A stretch of DNA of 64,000 nt from a virus (taxonomy: Duplodnaviria > Caudoviricetes): the IMG/VR virus record IMGVR_UViG_3300011242_000002, positions 128,001 through 192,000 of that record; one strand, written 5' to 3'. The translations under genes and the position numbers were made by a program. The notes under the pieces were generated by a model that saw only the letters and a list, made by a program, of their open reading frames with translations, did not search any database and was not told the origin of the DNA. This document shows positions 54,523 to 64,000 of this stretch, piece by piece; positions within the stretch are counted from its first letter, which is position 1; every line of letters starts with the position of its first letter.

Positions 54523-55509
54523 ATGAGCAAACGTGTAACCCGTATTTATGCCTGCGGCGGCGGCGCCATCAAGATCACTGCTGATTTGGTGGACTACGTC
54601 AACGTGCCCGGTTTTTCCGACACCAAGATCTCGCGTCTGGACACCTCGGACAAAAACCTGACCGCCAACATGACCCAGTCCTCGATCTTTGTCCTGGACG
54701 GGGCCGACGGTTCCGGCAAGCAGCGTGACCACAACTACAAGCCGGTCGTGGCCGCGATGAGCAAGATCCTGGCCCAGCATCAGCCGGAAGACTACAACAT
54801 CGTGGTCTTTACCGCGGGCGGTGGTTCCGGTTCGGTCATCGGTCCGGTGTTGGTTGGTGAGCTGTTGCAGCGTAAGGCCCCGGTCATCGCGCTGGTTATT
54901 GGTACTACCGGTGATGAAACCCAGGCACAGAACTCGGTGAACACCATCAAGTCGCTGGGTGGTATTCAGGCACAGCACAAACGTCCGGTGGTGTTCTCCT
55001 ACTTTGAAGTCAACCAGCACAACAGCCAGTCGGATGTTGACCAGCAGGTGCGCGGTGTACTGTCCGGGCTGTTGAACCTGCTGGACAGCGACAACACCAT
55101 CATCGACAACAAAGACATCGTCAACTTCCTCGACTGGACCAACGTGCGTAAAGAGATTCCCGCACAGCTGGTGTGTCTGGAAATGTACAGCGGCACCGAG
55201 ATCGACGAGCTGGCCGGTAAGGCACCGATTACCATGGCCTCGATCTACCCGAACGAAGAGCGCAGCTACCTGCCGGTCTCCCCTGCGTATTCGACCGACG
55301 GCGTGCGCAGTGAGAACAGCGTTCAGACCAACGCTGAGTTTGCCCAGCTGACCATGCACTACGTGATCCATGCCGGTCCGGTTACTCCAGCCCTGCGTGA
55401 GCTGGAAAAGACCCTGCAGCGCATCCGTGATACCCAGCGTGCGCAGTTTGAAACCAGCAACGTGGTCAGCGGCGATGACAGCGTCGAAAGCACCGGGATG
55501 GTACTTTAA
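54523..55509 (+). CDS. phuZ: PhuZ phage tubulin
   Basis: RIYACGGGA, DGSGK and GGGSGS tubulin/FtsZ motifs; acidic C-terminal tail. Confidence 0.92.
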   Translation: MSKRVTRIYACGGGAIKITADLVDYVNVPGFSDTKISRLDTSDKNLTANMTQSSIFVLDGADGSGKQRDHNYKPVVAAMSKILAQHQPEDYNIVVFTAGGGSGSVIGPVLVGELLQRKAPVIALVIGTTGDETQAQNSVNTIKSLGGIQAQHKRPVVFSYFEVNQHNSQSDVDQQVRGVLSGLLNLLDSDNTIIDNKDIVNFLDWTNVRKEIPAQLVCLEMYSGTEIDELAGKAPITMASIYPNEERSYLPVSPAYSTDGVRSENSVQTNAEFAQLTMHYVIHAGPVTPALRELEKTLQRIRDTQRAQFETSNVVSGDDSVESTGMVL

Positions 55510-55661
55510 CCGCTATTATATGTAACGTAAGCGGCTTGTCGAGTTATCCTTCTCGTTGAGTGCGGTCACAGCTTCTGGCTGGGGATGTGACCCGTTATCA
55601 TTGCGCTTTCCCCCGGGGCCGTGTGCTCCGGGGGCTTATGCCGCCTAAAATAATTTTGGTC

Positions 55662-55679
55662 CTACATTACCTCAGTGTA
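55662..55679 (+). promoter_or_regulatory. Early promoter variant (CTACATTAC-CTCA-GTG)
   Basis: Matches the extended motif; follows a terminator with TTATGCCG. Confidence 0.7.
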
Positions 55680-55753
55680 TTACCGTACATGAACGCCCTA
55701 TTAAGTAGGACGTAGTCCTTTATAATTGGGGTATCACAAGGGAGCCGAGCGCC

Positions 55754-57082
55754 GTGAACTTTAACACTAACACCTTCGTCATTTCCATTGGCGAGCACCT
55801 AAGCGCGATTGCCTATCAGGCACCGTGGATGAATGGCCAGCCGATTAACCATGCGCAGGCGTACCTGATTCTCTGTGCCGTACACGAAGAGTTGTTTAAC
55901 GAGATCTTCCCGTGGGCCAGAATTGACAATTCGTTACAAGACGCCATGATCAGCGTCTATCAGGGTTTCCAGGTACTGGTTCCACAACAGCCTCGCCTGT
56001 GGCGTCACAACGGCCGCGAGTGGCAGCTGACCACCAAGCCGACGCAACACATCATCCAGGTGCCGGTGGGTGGTGGATTACCAAACCAGCCGCAGCCTAA
56101 CGCAACCTACCACGTACACGGTGGCGTAACGTACGATCAATGCTTTAACCAGTTTATTGATGGTACGTTGAACACCGTACGTTGGGCACTGCGCTGCGAA
56201 CTTAACAAGTACCTGGGTACCCAGCGCGACTACGAGTGGTATTACGAATACGCCGGTAACGGCATTACCTACACCCGACAGGAGAAGGCGGTCATTACCT
56301 ATGCCAACGTTGAGCCGGAAAACGAAACCGAACTGGTGCAGCAGGAGATCAACCTGCAGCCCAAACCGGAACCCCTTACCCCAGCCTTCGTGATGATTAA
56401 CCTGGCGGAGAACGAAAGCCGCGGTGGGCAGGATCGTAGTACCGGGGAGGTGTTCCCGGATAAGTTCACGCCGTTACTCAACAGCCTGCCGGCGGTCATG
56501 AACCAGCTGTACCTGCAGGCAATGCAGTCGGGGCTGATGCGTGCCGATATTCTAATCCGCTTTGTCAACCCGGTGTTTCTGCGTGAGGTGTGTGATCGTA
56601 TCTTGGAGCTGACCCGTCATCTGCCGGTGAAGTTTACCGTGCGTTCTGAGCAGGTACCTCTGGGACATACCCCGGCGGTGGAAACCGTTCAGCGTGCCCT
56701 GCATCAGCGCTCCTTAGATCAGGTACAACATGAGGCCTTTGATCTGGCCGCCAAGCTTACCGTGATCCGTGATCGCATCGTGCGCCGTAACAACGTCACC
56801 GCACTTGACATTCGTGAGATCAACAGCCTGGAACCCGCGCTGCTTACCCAGACCGTGTTAAATGAGGAGTTGTATGTATCCGTGAACAATCGTGAACACT
56901 GGTATAAGTTCAGCGACCACAACCCGGCCGAGCTGCAGCACCCGGTGATTGGCCTGTGTCTGCTCCTCAGTAATCAGATTGACAGCTTAACCGGTTATAC
57001 CCCTCATCCAAGCCCCACTCCGACCTTCCAGGTTCGGGATGAAACGCAACCGATTGGGATAACCCCTCTTTATTGTAATTAA
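55754..57082 (+). CDS. Hypothetical protein
   Basis: GTG start, AGGGAG RBS; 442 aa. Confidence 0.7.
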   Translation: MNFNTNTFVISIGEHLSAIAYQAPWMNGQPINHAQAYLILCAVHEELFNEIFPWARIDNSLQDAMISVYQGFQVLVPQQPRLWRHNGREWQLTTKPTQHIIQVPVGGGLPNQPQPNATYHVHGGVTYDQCFNQFIDGTLNTVRWALRCELNKYLGTQRDYEWYYEYAGNGITYTRQEKAVITYANVEPENETELVQQEINLQPKPEPLTPAFVMINLAENESRGGQDRSTGEVFPDKFTPLLNSLPAVMNQLYLQAMQSGLMRADILIRFVNPVFLREVCDRILELTRHLPVKFTVRSEQVPLGHTPAVETVQRALHQRSLDQVQHEAFDLAAKLTVIRDRIVRRNNVTALDIREINSLEPALLTQTVLNEELYVSVNNREHWYKFSDHNPAELQHPVIGLCLLLSNQIDSLTGYTPHPSPTPTFQVRDETQPIGITPLYCN

Positions 57083-57092
57083 CGGAACCGCC

Positions 57093-57440
57093 ATGAATCT
57101 CTACATTGCCATGGAACCCACGTTGTGTCGTTGGTTCTCCCCGACCCAGCTCAACGATGCTATGCACCGCATGGCGTTCACCGATCTATTGCAGTACGTG
57201 GCTGAAACGGCAGTGGGGGAATCATCGGAGCTGGACGTGATTGGGCCATCGCTGTACCTGGTGGGTATCGGCATTCCTCGTGCACACGTTGACCATTTCG
57301 TTGCCGTGTGTGGGGAGGAAATTCGCCAGTTCTATCACCACAATACCCTGCCGGAGTGGCGGGCCTGGGGACGTCATCGGATTCAGATTGATGCACGTTA
57401 TGGTATCTTTATTCAGTTAGGAATCGACCCGTATGCTTGA
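57093..57440 (+). CDS. Hypothetical protein
   Basis: Operonic. Confidence 0.65.
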   Translation: MNLYIAMEPTLCRWFSPTQLNDAMHRMAFTDLLQYVAETAVGESSELDVIGPSLYLVGIGIPRAHVDHFVAVCGEEIRQFYHHNTLPEWRAWGRHRIQIDARYGIFIQLGIDPYA

Positions 57441-57789
57441 AACAAAAAGTGTCTGCGTGGTGGACTGTCGTGAATGGCTCAACCGCTATCGGTTTACCGA
57501 CGGTCATATGACAGAAGAGGACGCAGCAGCGGTACTGGTAGCGGCAACAACGCTGGCGGTGGATAACCTGTATGTTGACCCTATTCTCAGCTTTGATTCC
57601 CTGCTGGCGCCCTCTCGCGCCAGCGCCATGGCGCGAAGCATTAGCGTGCATATCAGCGATCGCTTCAGTGAAGCGTTAACCGAGATGCCAAACAGCGATG
57701 CCTATGAGGCCAAGGTCACTACCGAAAGTGAGGTGGATGGCGGGCTGGTAATTCTCACCCTCAGCGTAGCCGAGGCAGGTGACGCATGA
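57433..57789 (+). CDS. Hypothetical protein
   Basis: Overlapping start with AGGA RBS. Confidence 0.65.
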   Translation: MLETKSVCVVDCREWLNRYRFTDGHMTEEDAAAVLVAATTLAVDNLYVDPILSFDSLLAPSRASAMARSISVHISDRFSEALTEMPNSDAYEAKVTTESEVDGGLVILTLSVAEAGDA

Positions 57790-58202
57790 ACGATTTTGAC
57801 AACCACATCCCTAATCACCTGATCGTTAACCTGAACATGTTTTTCTGGGCTAACCCCAATAACATCATGGGAGTTTTCTCCCCCGCCAGCCTGTTCGAAG
57901 CCTACTGCCTGACGCTTTTGGATTCAGTAGGCAAGAGCGATTACGATTGGGGATCATTGATGGAGTGGGTGTCGGAAGAGCTGGATCCGAGTGTCGGCAG
58001 CAGGCCCGGCTATGAACAGCTGATGTCCGATGCCAACTTTATCATGAGCATGCAGCAGTCGGTGGTGGCAGGCTTCTCCAGCTTTATCACCGACAACCGG
58101 CATTTCGTGATGCACACGCTAGTCCCGGTGATTTACCAGGCGGACCTGGTAAAAGCGTATCAGGACGGCGTCCCGCACGTCGTGCGTTTGCAGTGTATAT
58201 GA
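57786..58202 (+). CDS. Hypothetical protein
   Basis: ATGA overlap. Confidence 0.65.
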   Translation: MNDFDNHIPNHLIVNLNMFFWANPNNIMGVFSPASLFEAYCLTLLDSVGKSDYDWGSLMEWVSEELDPSVGSRPGYEQLMSDANFIMSMQQSVVAGFSSFITDNRHFVMHTLVPVIYQADLVKAYQDGVPHVVRLQCI

Positions 58203-58209
58203 GGTAGCT

Positions 58210-58584
58210 ATGACCGGACCCTGCCTGGTGCTGGATCTTAATCCCACCTGGTCATTATTGAGCAATGCGTATCTGACGTCACCCACCCGCCTGATTGGTC
58301 CTTTTGATCAATACCTGGTGTTGCTGGTTGATCTGTTCAAGGTCACCCATAACGACACCAGCGAGGAAGAGGTGTTGGTTGACAACTACATTAACGGTTC
58401 CTATCTACAGCTGACGCCGTCCGATCAAGAACAGGCACGCCTGGCGGTGCAAACCGGGCTGGATGTGATCGTGACCCTGGCACATATCTGGACGCAGTAC
58501 CCCGGCCAGGCCCGGCGTTGCGTATTGGACCTGCCCTCGCGTACGCTGCTGATTGAATTTGGAGGTGACTGTGGTCAAGCATGA
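58210..58584 (+). CDS. Hypothetical protein
   Basis: GAGGT RBS. Confidence 0.65.
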   Translation: MTGPCLVLDLNPTWSLLSNAYLTSPTRLIGPFDQYLVLLVDLFKVTHNDTSEEEVLVDNYINGSYLQLTPSDQEQARLAVQTGLDVIVTLAHIWTQYPGQARRCVLDLPSRTLLIEFGGDCGQA

Positions 58585-58999
58585 GCTACATACCGTAATC
58601 TTTACCCTGAGCTTTGAACGCTCGGAAGCGGTTTACGCGCAGGTGCGCAGTCGTCTGCTGTCCGTGGGTGATATCCCCATTAACCTGCTGGTCTATATGG
58701 CATTAAACCAGCTGACCATTGGTCAAACAATCTCCCCGGCCCTGACCAAAAACATCGAGCAGCTGTGTAGCGAACACCTGCCTAACTACAACTACGAGCA
58801 CCATCAACAGATCATTGCAACCTGTGAAGCGATTGCCGCGCTACTCTACAACGACTACCGACTGGCTATGGATGCCGCGCATCTGCCGATGCCGGCCAAG
58901 CTTGTCAGCGTGGAGTACGGTGGGTCGTCGGTGGCAATGGTGTTCGATTGCCTGGACGACCAAACATGCAGCTGGTCATATACGACTTTGCCCCAGTAG
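58571..58999 (+). CDS. Hypothetical protein
   Basis: GGAGGT RBS before GTG 58571. Confidence 0.65.
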   Translation: MVKHELHTVIFTLSFERSEAVYAQVRSRLLSVGDIPINLLVYMALNQLTIGQTISPALTKNIEQLCSEHLPNYNYEHHQQIIATCEAIAALLYNDYRLAMDAAHLPMPAKLVSVEYGGSSVAMVFDCLDDQTCSWSYTTLPQ

Positions 59000-59391
59000 C
59001 CGATTCGCTGATGGGTGAACTGGTGCACATGGAAGACGCCTGCATTGCGTACGAAGACCTGATCGATCTGATTCTCATGAACCGGGATCATGCCGATGAC
59101 GGTTACGAAGACTACCTGATTGATGTATTGTGTGACGAGCGCGACGTTAACGTCCACGATCGCCAACTGGTGCGCAGCGCTTACTACCGGCTGCTGCCGT
59201 ACGTTAACCAGATCTTCCCTGAAACTCAAGGGAGCTGGATCTGCTGTGGCTTCGTGCAGAAGCTCGGGTATTTTATACAGAGCGCCTACTTCGACGCTTA
59301 CGGCATGCACGCCTATCGGCAAACGGTGGTTCACACCATTCGGTCTTATCGGGGTTACTATGATAGTGGTCTTCAACAACAGCGTATTTGA
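58966..59391 (+). CDS. Hypothetical acidic protein
   Basis: ATG 58966, in frame with the ORF at 58948. Confidence 0.6.
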   Translation: MQLVIYDFAPVADSLMGELVHMEDACIAYEDLIDLILMNRDHADDGYEDYLIDVLCDERDVNVHDRQLVRSAYYRLLPYVNQIFPETQGSWICCGFVQKLGYFIQSAYFDAYGMHAYRQTVVHTIRSYRGYYDSGLQQQRI

Positions 59392-59695
59392 TCCCGTCCT
59401 TGACCAGATAAAACGGGTCATTGCCGACGATCTCGATGGTGAGGCGGTGAGCCTGCGCACCATCAACGACGTGGTGTATGAACTGTTCACCTACTGCGTC
59501 GAACGGGTTAACATCGTAGACATTGACCCGGAGTATCAAGGGTTGTATCAGCCATTTTATGAAGCCCTTAATACCCTGCTGCTTCGAAACAACATTCCGC
59601 TGCTGTCGGTCGCCAATATCCTGGTGGACGGCCCGGAGCGTTGGACGGTGCTGCTCATCCAGGACAATGCACGAGGAATAAAGTATGAGTTATAG
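59360..59695 (+). CDS. Hypothetical acidic protein
   Basis: ATG 59360 after GGGG, in frame with the ORF at 59120. Confidence 0.6.
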   Translation: MIVVFNNSVFDPVLDQIKRVIADDLDGEAVSLRTINDVVYELFTYCVERVNIVDIDPEYQGLYQPFYEALNTLLLRNNIPLLSVANILVDGPERWTVLLIQDNARGIKYEL

Positions 59696-60095
59696 TTTGC
59701 TGAAGAAAGGATCCACGGTGGACTTCGTTGTTGAAGCCCCGGAGATCCTGACGTCCGGCTTTGTGAATGCCTTCATTAACAGTGAGCTGGATATGGAGAC
59801 GGCGCAACAGCTGGGGCTGGACGTGATGGCCAAGCACCAGAGCCTGTATCCGCTGTTCAAGGATAAAGGCTATGCGGATGATCCGGCGTCCTACGGCTAC
59901 GTGCGCGTGACCAAGGAAAACGGCGTATCGACTATTCTGGGGATTCCGTGGATCAAAGAATCCTCGATCTCGGTGAAGCAGCGCAGCCGTATTACCGTCA
60001 GCATTCCGGATGTCGGGGTGAACGACCTTGCGCTGATCAAAGCCGCCCTCGAGTCCAACGGCTATCGCAACGCGGTGGTGAAATTGGTCGACTGA
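59685..60095 (+). CDS. Conserved phiKZ-like protein upstream of DNA polymerase (gp49 position)
   Basis: ILGIPWIKESSI motif; GAGGA RBS; synteny. Confidence 0.65.
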   Translation: MSYSLLKKGSTVDFVVEAPEILTSGFVNAFINSELDMETAQQLGLDVMAKHQSLYPLFKDKGYADDPASYGYVRVTKENGVSTILGIPWIKESSISVKQRSRITVSIPDVGVNDLALIKAALESNGYRNAVVKLVD

Positions 60096-60202
60096 TGCTG
60101 CGGGGGCTTCGGCTCCCGCAGTCTTTCGTTATGCCCGTTATTTATTTTTTGACATAGCCGGGCTATCCAATAGACACCTTTTACAGCCGTAAGGATATTT
60201 CC

Positions 60203-62314
60203 ATGGAATTGTTCGTAAATCCGGCGAACCAGTATAAGCGCGATTTGCGCATCCATCATCACTACTGTGAGAACAAAGCCAAGTCCTTGTCTTTGCTGTT
60301 CGGTGAACCGATGGAAAAGACCCGTGAGTTTGTGACCCGAGTCACCGCACCGGGTGCCAAGCACGGCGTGATTGATCCGCGCGTGCGTATCCTGATTCGC
60401 GGCAAGAACGGTGACCGTGAACTGAAGTACACCACCTTTAATAAGTTTCTGCATGCGGTCGATAAGCGCGGGGCAATTCTTAGCCCGTCGTTAACCGCCT
60501 ACCTGCATCCGAAGGAAAAAGTCTCGCAGTACGCGGTGTCGACCGACAACAACATCAAGGCCCGTAAGGTCATTAAGAAAGAGATGTTCGTTGCCGAGCA
60601 GCGTGGGGATGTTACCACCGCCACGATTAAAGACATCATGCAGACCGGGCGTAAGCTGACCAACAACGGGATGTCCGGTGGTTTCTGTACGGCCTCTACG
60701 CCGTTCTACTGTCGTTCGGCCCACAGCTCACTAACCTCGTGCTGTCGTTCAGCCACCTCCTCGACCAACGCCTTTAACGAGAAGTTCCTGGCCGGTAACC
60801 GCCATTACCACTCGCCAGAAATCGTGATGGAGAACATCGCTTCCATTTGCCTGCACTCGAACTACGAGCTGATTGATCAGGCAATGCGCGAGTTCAATCT
60901 GCAGTACCCAACCGTCGAGCAGGTAATCGCCTGTATCTACCGTGGCTCGCGCCGCTATTGGTCAGACGCTCGCTACATGGCGATGATTTACCAACAGGTC
61001 AGCAACATGACCGACGGTGAGCGTGCGGCCTTTATGTTTACCAGCGACATGTACCACATGCGTTTGGTTAACCCCGACTTTGTCCGTCAGATGCTGGTTG
61101 ATATTGCCGAGAAGACCCATCAGCCGCTTCACGAAGAGCTGGCGTTAAAAGATGGCGATGCCCGCGTGCTGGCGACGATGAAGTGCGCGGAAGACATTAT
61201 TCGCGTGGGGGTGAAGGAATCCGAGAACTCGGAGGAGATCAAAGGGTTGGTCAAGGCCAACTACCGACTGTCGGTGCAGAACATCGAGAAGTACCGCTCA
61301 TACGTGCGTGCCTTCCTGGTGACCCCGAACACCCCGGCCTCGATTGCAATGATGCCGCATCACGTCCGCGAAGTGGTCCTGGCCTCCGATACCGACTCCT
61401 CGATCTTTACCGAACAGGATTGGATTGACTGGATTCAGCCGGACTATGACTTCCGTCAGGAACGTATTCAGATCAACGCCGCAGTTACCTTCCTGGTATC
61501 ACAGCAGGTCGTGCACTTACTGGCGATTGTCTCCGGCAACATCGGGGTGGCGGAAGAGCATCTGTTCCGTCTGACCATGAAGAACGAATACTACTTCGAA
61601 ACCTTCGTGTTGACCAACATGGGTAAACACTACTTTGCTACCCAGACCGCGCGTGAGGGCAACTTCTACGCCAAGCCGAAGCTGGAGCTCAAAGGGGTGC
61701 ACCTGCGCAACTCGAACGTACCGAAGGAAATCCGTGACCGGGGCAACAAGATCATTAATGAGATCCTCGACAAGTCCAACAGCAACGAACAGTTCTCCGT
61801 AATCGAGCTGCTCCAGCAGGTGGGTGACATTGAGCGCTTTATCATTAACTCGATCAAGAAGGGTGAGCCGATCTTCCTGGCCAAAGCCACCATCAAGGAT
61901 AAGGAAGCTTACGCCAAGCCGCTCAGCAATAACTACTACCACTACCTGATGTGGGAAGAGGTGTTTGCTGCGAAGTACGGTCCGGCACCGGCGCTGCAGT
62001 ATTTAGGGCTTAAGGCAAAACTGGGCTTGGATTCAAAGACCGCGGTCGCCGACTGGTTGGATGAGCTGGAAGACCAGGCACTGGCCCAGCGGATGCGCGA
62101 CTTCATGACCAAGTACGGCAAGACCGGGATTTCCCAGATCATCATGCCGGCAGATATCGTCATGACCCAGGGGTTACCGGAAGAGGTGATTCAGGGGATC
62201 AATATCCGTCAGCTGATCATGGAAAACCTGGGGATGGTGTACTCCTGCCTGGAATCGTTAGGCCTGTACTTTACGAACCCGAACGCAACCCGCCTGGTAT
62301 CAGACGAGCATTAA
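60203..62314 (+). CDS. Family B DNA polymerase, polymerase-domain subunit (phiKZ gp50-like)
   Basis: KLTNNGMSG (motif B), ASDTDS (motif C), KHY and ELKGVHL. Confidence 0.88.
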   Translation: MELFVNPANQYKRDLRIHHHYCENKAKSLSLLFGEPMEKTREFVTRVTAPGAKHGVIDPRVRILIRGKNGDRELKYTTFNKFLHAVDKRGAILSPSLTAYLHPKEKVSQYAVSTDNNIKARKVIKKEMFVAEQRGDVTTATIKDIMQTGRKLTNNGMSGGFCTASTPFYCRSAHSSLTSCCRSATSSTNAFNEKFLAGNRHYHSPEIVMENIASICLHSNYELIDQAMREFNLQYPTVEQVIACIYRGSRRYWSDARYMAMIYQQVSNMTDGERAAFMFTSDMYHMRLVNPDFVRQMLVDIAEKTHQPLHEELALKDGDARVLATMKCAEDIIRVGVKESENSEEIKGLVKANYRLSVQNIEKYRSYVRAFLVTPNTPASIAMMPHHVREVVLASDTDSSIFTEQDWIDWIQPDYDFRQERIQINAAVTFLVSQQVVHLLAIVSGNIGVAEEHLFRLTMKNEYYFETFVLTNMGKHYFATQTAREGNFYAKPKLELKGVHLRNSNVPKEIRDRGNKIINEILDKSNSNEQFSVIELLQQVGDIERFIINSIKKGEPIFLAKATIKDKEAYAKPLSNNYYHYLMWEEVFAAKYGPAPALQYLGLKAKLGLDSKTAVADWLDELEDQALAQRMRDFMTKYGKTGISQIIMPADIVMTQGLPEEVIQGINIRQLIMENLGMVYSCLESLGLYFTNPNATRLVSDEH

Positions 62315-62315
62315 T

Positions 62316-62357
62316 CGGCATAAGCTCCTAGGTAGCCCAGGCTACCTAGGAGCGCCG
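62316..62357. terminator. Terminator hairpin between convergent genes
   Basis: GCTCCTAGGTAGCC-ca-GGCTACCTAGGAGC preceded by CGGCATAA. Confidence 0.75.
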
Positions 62358-62362
62358 TCTGA

Positions 62363-63475
62363 TCATCTGTTGGTTTTGATGCGCTTCTCAATGCTGGCCA
62401 GTTCCGCATTGATCACGATGCTGATAGCCCGCGGCATACCGCCGATGCGAAACGTATTGTCGCTTTTGATGTTGCCAAGATTGTGCAGGATGTGGTTAAT
62501 CTTTTCGCCTTCTTTTCTGCCGCGGTTAAAGTTACCGTCCACTTCTAACAGGAAGTCGATCAGCCAGCTGCGGGCGATGATCCACGCCCAGCGATTTTGC
62601 CGCACGTCAATATCCACCGGCAGACGGATAGCATCGTAACCGCTGCGATAATAGGTGGGCATGTGCATCAGTACGCTTTCCCAGTAGCGCGGGGTGCGCT
62701 TAAGCTCGGGCACCGTTTTGGCAATCAGCTGATCAAGCAGGGACAGATCATCCATTAACCAGAAGGCCTGACGCGGTTGCATGTCGTGTCCTTTGATCCC
62801 GCGATAGGCTTTGATGGTACGGTTGATCACCGCAATGTCGTTGTGTGATTTAATGAGGTTCTGCAACGGATAAGCCACGGCAAACTGGGTAAAGGTCGGA
62901 ACCGGGTTAATGTTCGCGGTCTTTACCCACTGCTGAAACAGCATGAACTGCAGGGCCAGGACCGGGATGTCAATGCTGAACACCGCAATACCGCCTTGTC
63001 CACCCAAGATCTGGCGCTTGTCCAGAATACCGAAGTTGGTGCTGTCGTACGGGTGACGGTGCACCCGTACTGGTTCCAGGTCTCGCCAGTCGATGCCTTT
63101 GACGTCCTCGTAGCGGGAGGAGGTAGCGATAAGGATTTCCATCACGTTGTCGGGATAGAAGTTGGATTTACTGATGGTGCCGTAGCTGGTGCTCGAAGTC
63201 ATCCCAACCATGTTGCCGATACGGTAATCCTGGTTGCGTATTTCATCGAAGTATTTCCTGACATTGCTGACCGATAATTGTGTAAGGTTCGGCATTTTAA
63301 ACTGTTTCAGTAAACGGACGACCACGTTGTTATTTTGTGCGCTTAAGTTACGGCTGCGAAAATAATCCTGTGATTTTCCCAGGTTAAGAAAGGCAATGTC
63401 CCGCAGGCGTTGAATGGTTTGGTTCATCATGTCGCCATGATTGAGCTGTGCATCCGTGTTAAAAAGAGTATGCAT
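62363..63475 (-). CDS. Conserved Chimalliviridae protein between DNA polymerase and chimallin
   Basis: Likely start at ATG 63475 after GGGGTGG; synteny. Confidence 0.65.
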   Translation of the reverse strand: MHTLFNTDAQLNHGDMMNQTIQRLRDIAFLNLGKSQDYFRSRNLSAQNNNVVVRLLKQFKMPNLTQLSVSNVRKYFDEIRNQDYRIGNMVGMTSSTSYGTISKSNFYPDNVMEILIATSSRYEDVKGIDWRDLEPVRVHRHPYDSTNFGILDKRQILGGQGGIAVFSIDIPVLALQFMLFQQWVKTANINPVPTFTQFAVAYPLQNLIKSHNDIAVINRTIKAYRGIKGHDMQPRQAFWLMDDLSLLDQLIAKTVPELKRTPRYWESVLMHMPTYYRSGYDAIRLPVDIDVRQNRWAWIIARSWLIDFLLEVDGNFNRGRKEGEKINHILHNLGNIKSDNTFRIGGMPRAISIVINAELASIEKRIKTNR

Positions 63476-63582
63476 AACCACCCCGAATATAGTGATCTGT
63501 AATAAAAAACATAATGAGTTATAGTATGTGGAGAATGCCATCTCCCATCTGGGCTAACGCCTGGATGCCGCCTGGAGATAGA

Positions 63583-63618
63583 TTCAAACTTTTTACACCC
63601 CTATATTACCTAAGTGTA
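63583..63618 (+). promoter_or_regulatory. Early promoter of chimallin
   Basis: Identical to 9281-9316; TATATTAC core. Confidence 0.85.
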
Positions 63619-63693
63619 ATTACCATGGTAATTTCATTCGCGAATGTTTAATCTTAGTAGCAAAGACTACTACATCAAAAAGGAACTAGAAGT

Positions 63694-64000
63694 ATGAAAC
63701 ATCCTAACGACAACCAGCCAACCAACCCTGTTCTGGGCGACGCACTGAAGAATGCTCAGCAGGCACAGCAGCAACAGCAGGCGCAGGCCCAGCCTCAGCA
63801 GCCTGCACAGCCGCAGGTGGCACCACAGGTTCCGCCACAGCCCGCTTTCACCGCGCAGCAGCAGCAGCCGGTCTTCACTGGTCAGCCTGGTGTGAACGCT
63901 CAGGCGCAGCCGCAGGTTAATCCGCAGGACCGTAAATCCCGTATCTTCGGGATGAACGACCGTCGTGAACGTACCTTCTCTTCTCAGAGCTACTCCGAGA
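63694..64000 (+). CDS. chmA: Probable chimallin (nuclear shell protein), 3'-truncated
   Basis: Open frame MKHPNDNQ... with a Q/P-rich disordered N-terminus, AAAAGGA RBS and early promoter; position two genes after DNA polymerase. The folded core is outside the window, so the call rests on synteny. Confidence 0.65.
   Translation, partial: MKHPNDNQPTNPVLGDALKNAQQAQQQQQAQAQPQQPAQPQVAPQVPPQPAFTAQQQQPVFTGQPGVNAQAQPQVNPQDRKSRIFGMNDRRERTFSSQSYSE

Noticed and set aside
55510-55610. ncRNA downstream of phuZ
   Set aside because: Only one convincing 7-bp stem (GGTCACA/TGTGACC) before the terminator; insufficient support.

Overview
This is a 64-kb segment of a nucleus-forming jumbo phage (phiKZ-like, Chimalliviridae); the host is probably enterobacterial (inference). 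In order it carries: a virion RNA polymerase beta subunit (5'-truncated), a modular lysin, a head/vRNAP/prohead-protease operon, an early accessory cluster, tail tube and sheath, three conserved virion genes, terminase, five paralogous protease-processed head proteins, a second accessory cluster, a tandem two-gene virion module, a beta-helix tailspike, an internal head protein, an origin-like non-coding region, PhuZ tubulin, a family-B DNA polymerase subunit and the 5' end of probable chimallin. Homolog names come from motifs and remembered synteny; no searches were run. The most unusual signal is a ~3.1-kb island (46.2-49.4 kb) where small ORFs alternate with large structured RNAs. It includes a pseudoknotted type I hammerhead ribozyme directly behind a tRNA-like element with an expanded anticodon arm. 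Other highlights: a GNAT acetyltransferase domain fused to a duplicated head-protein propeptide; a head paralog whose predicted mature N-terminus is a transmembrane helix; an identical 36-bp early promoter shared by chimallin and an unknown 148-aa gene; a TTATGCCG octamer beside most terminator hairpins; and a strand-specific G.A-sheared ssDNA hairpin and a G-rich tract, each behind a copy of a 31-bp repeat.
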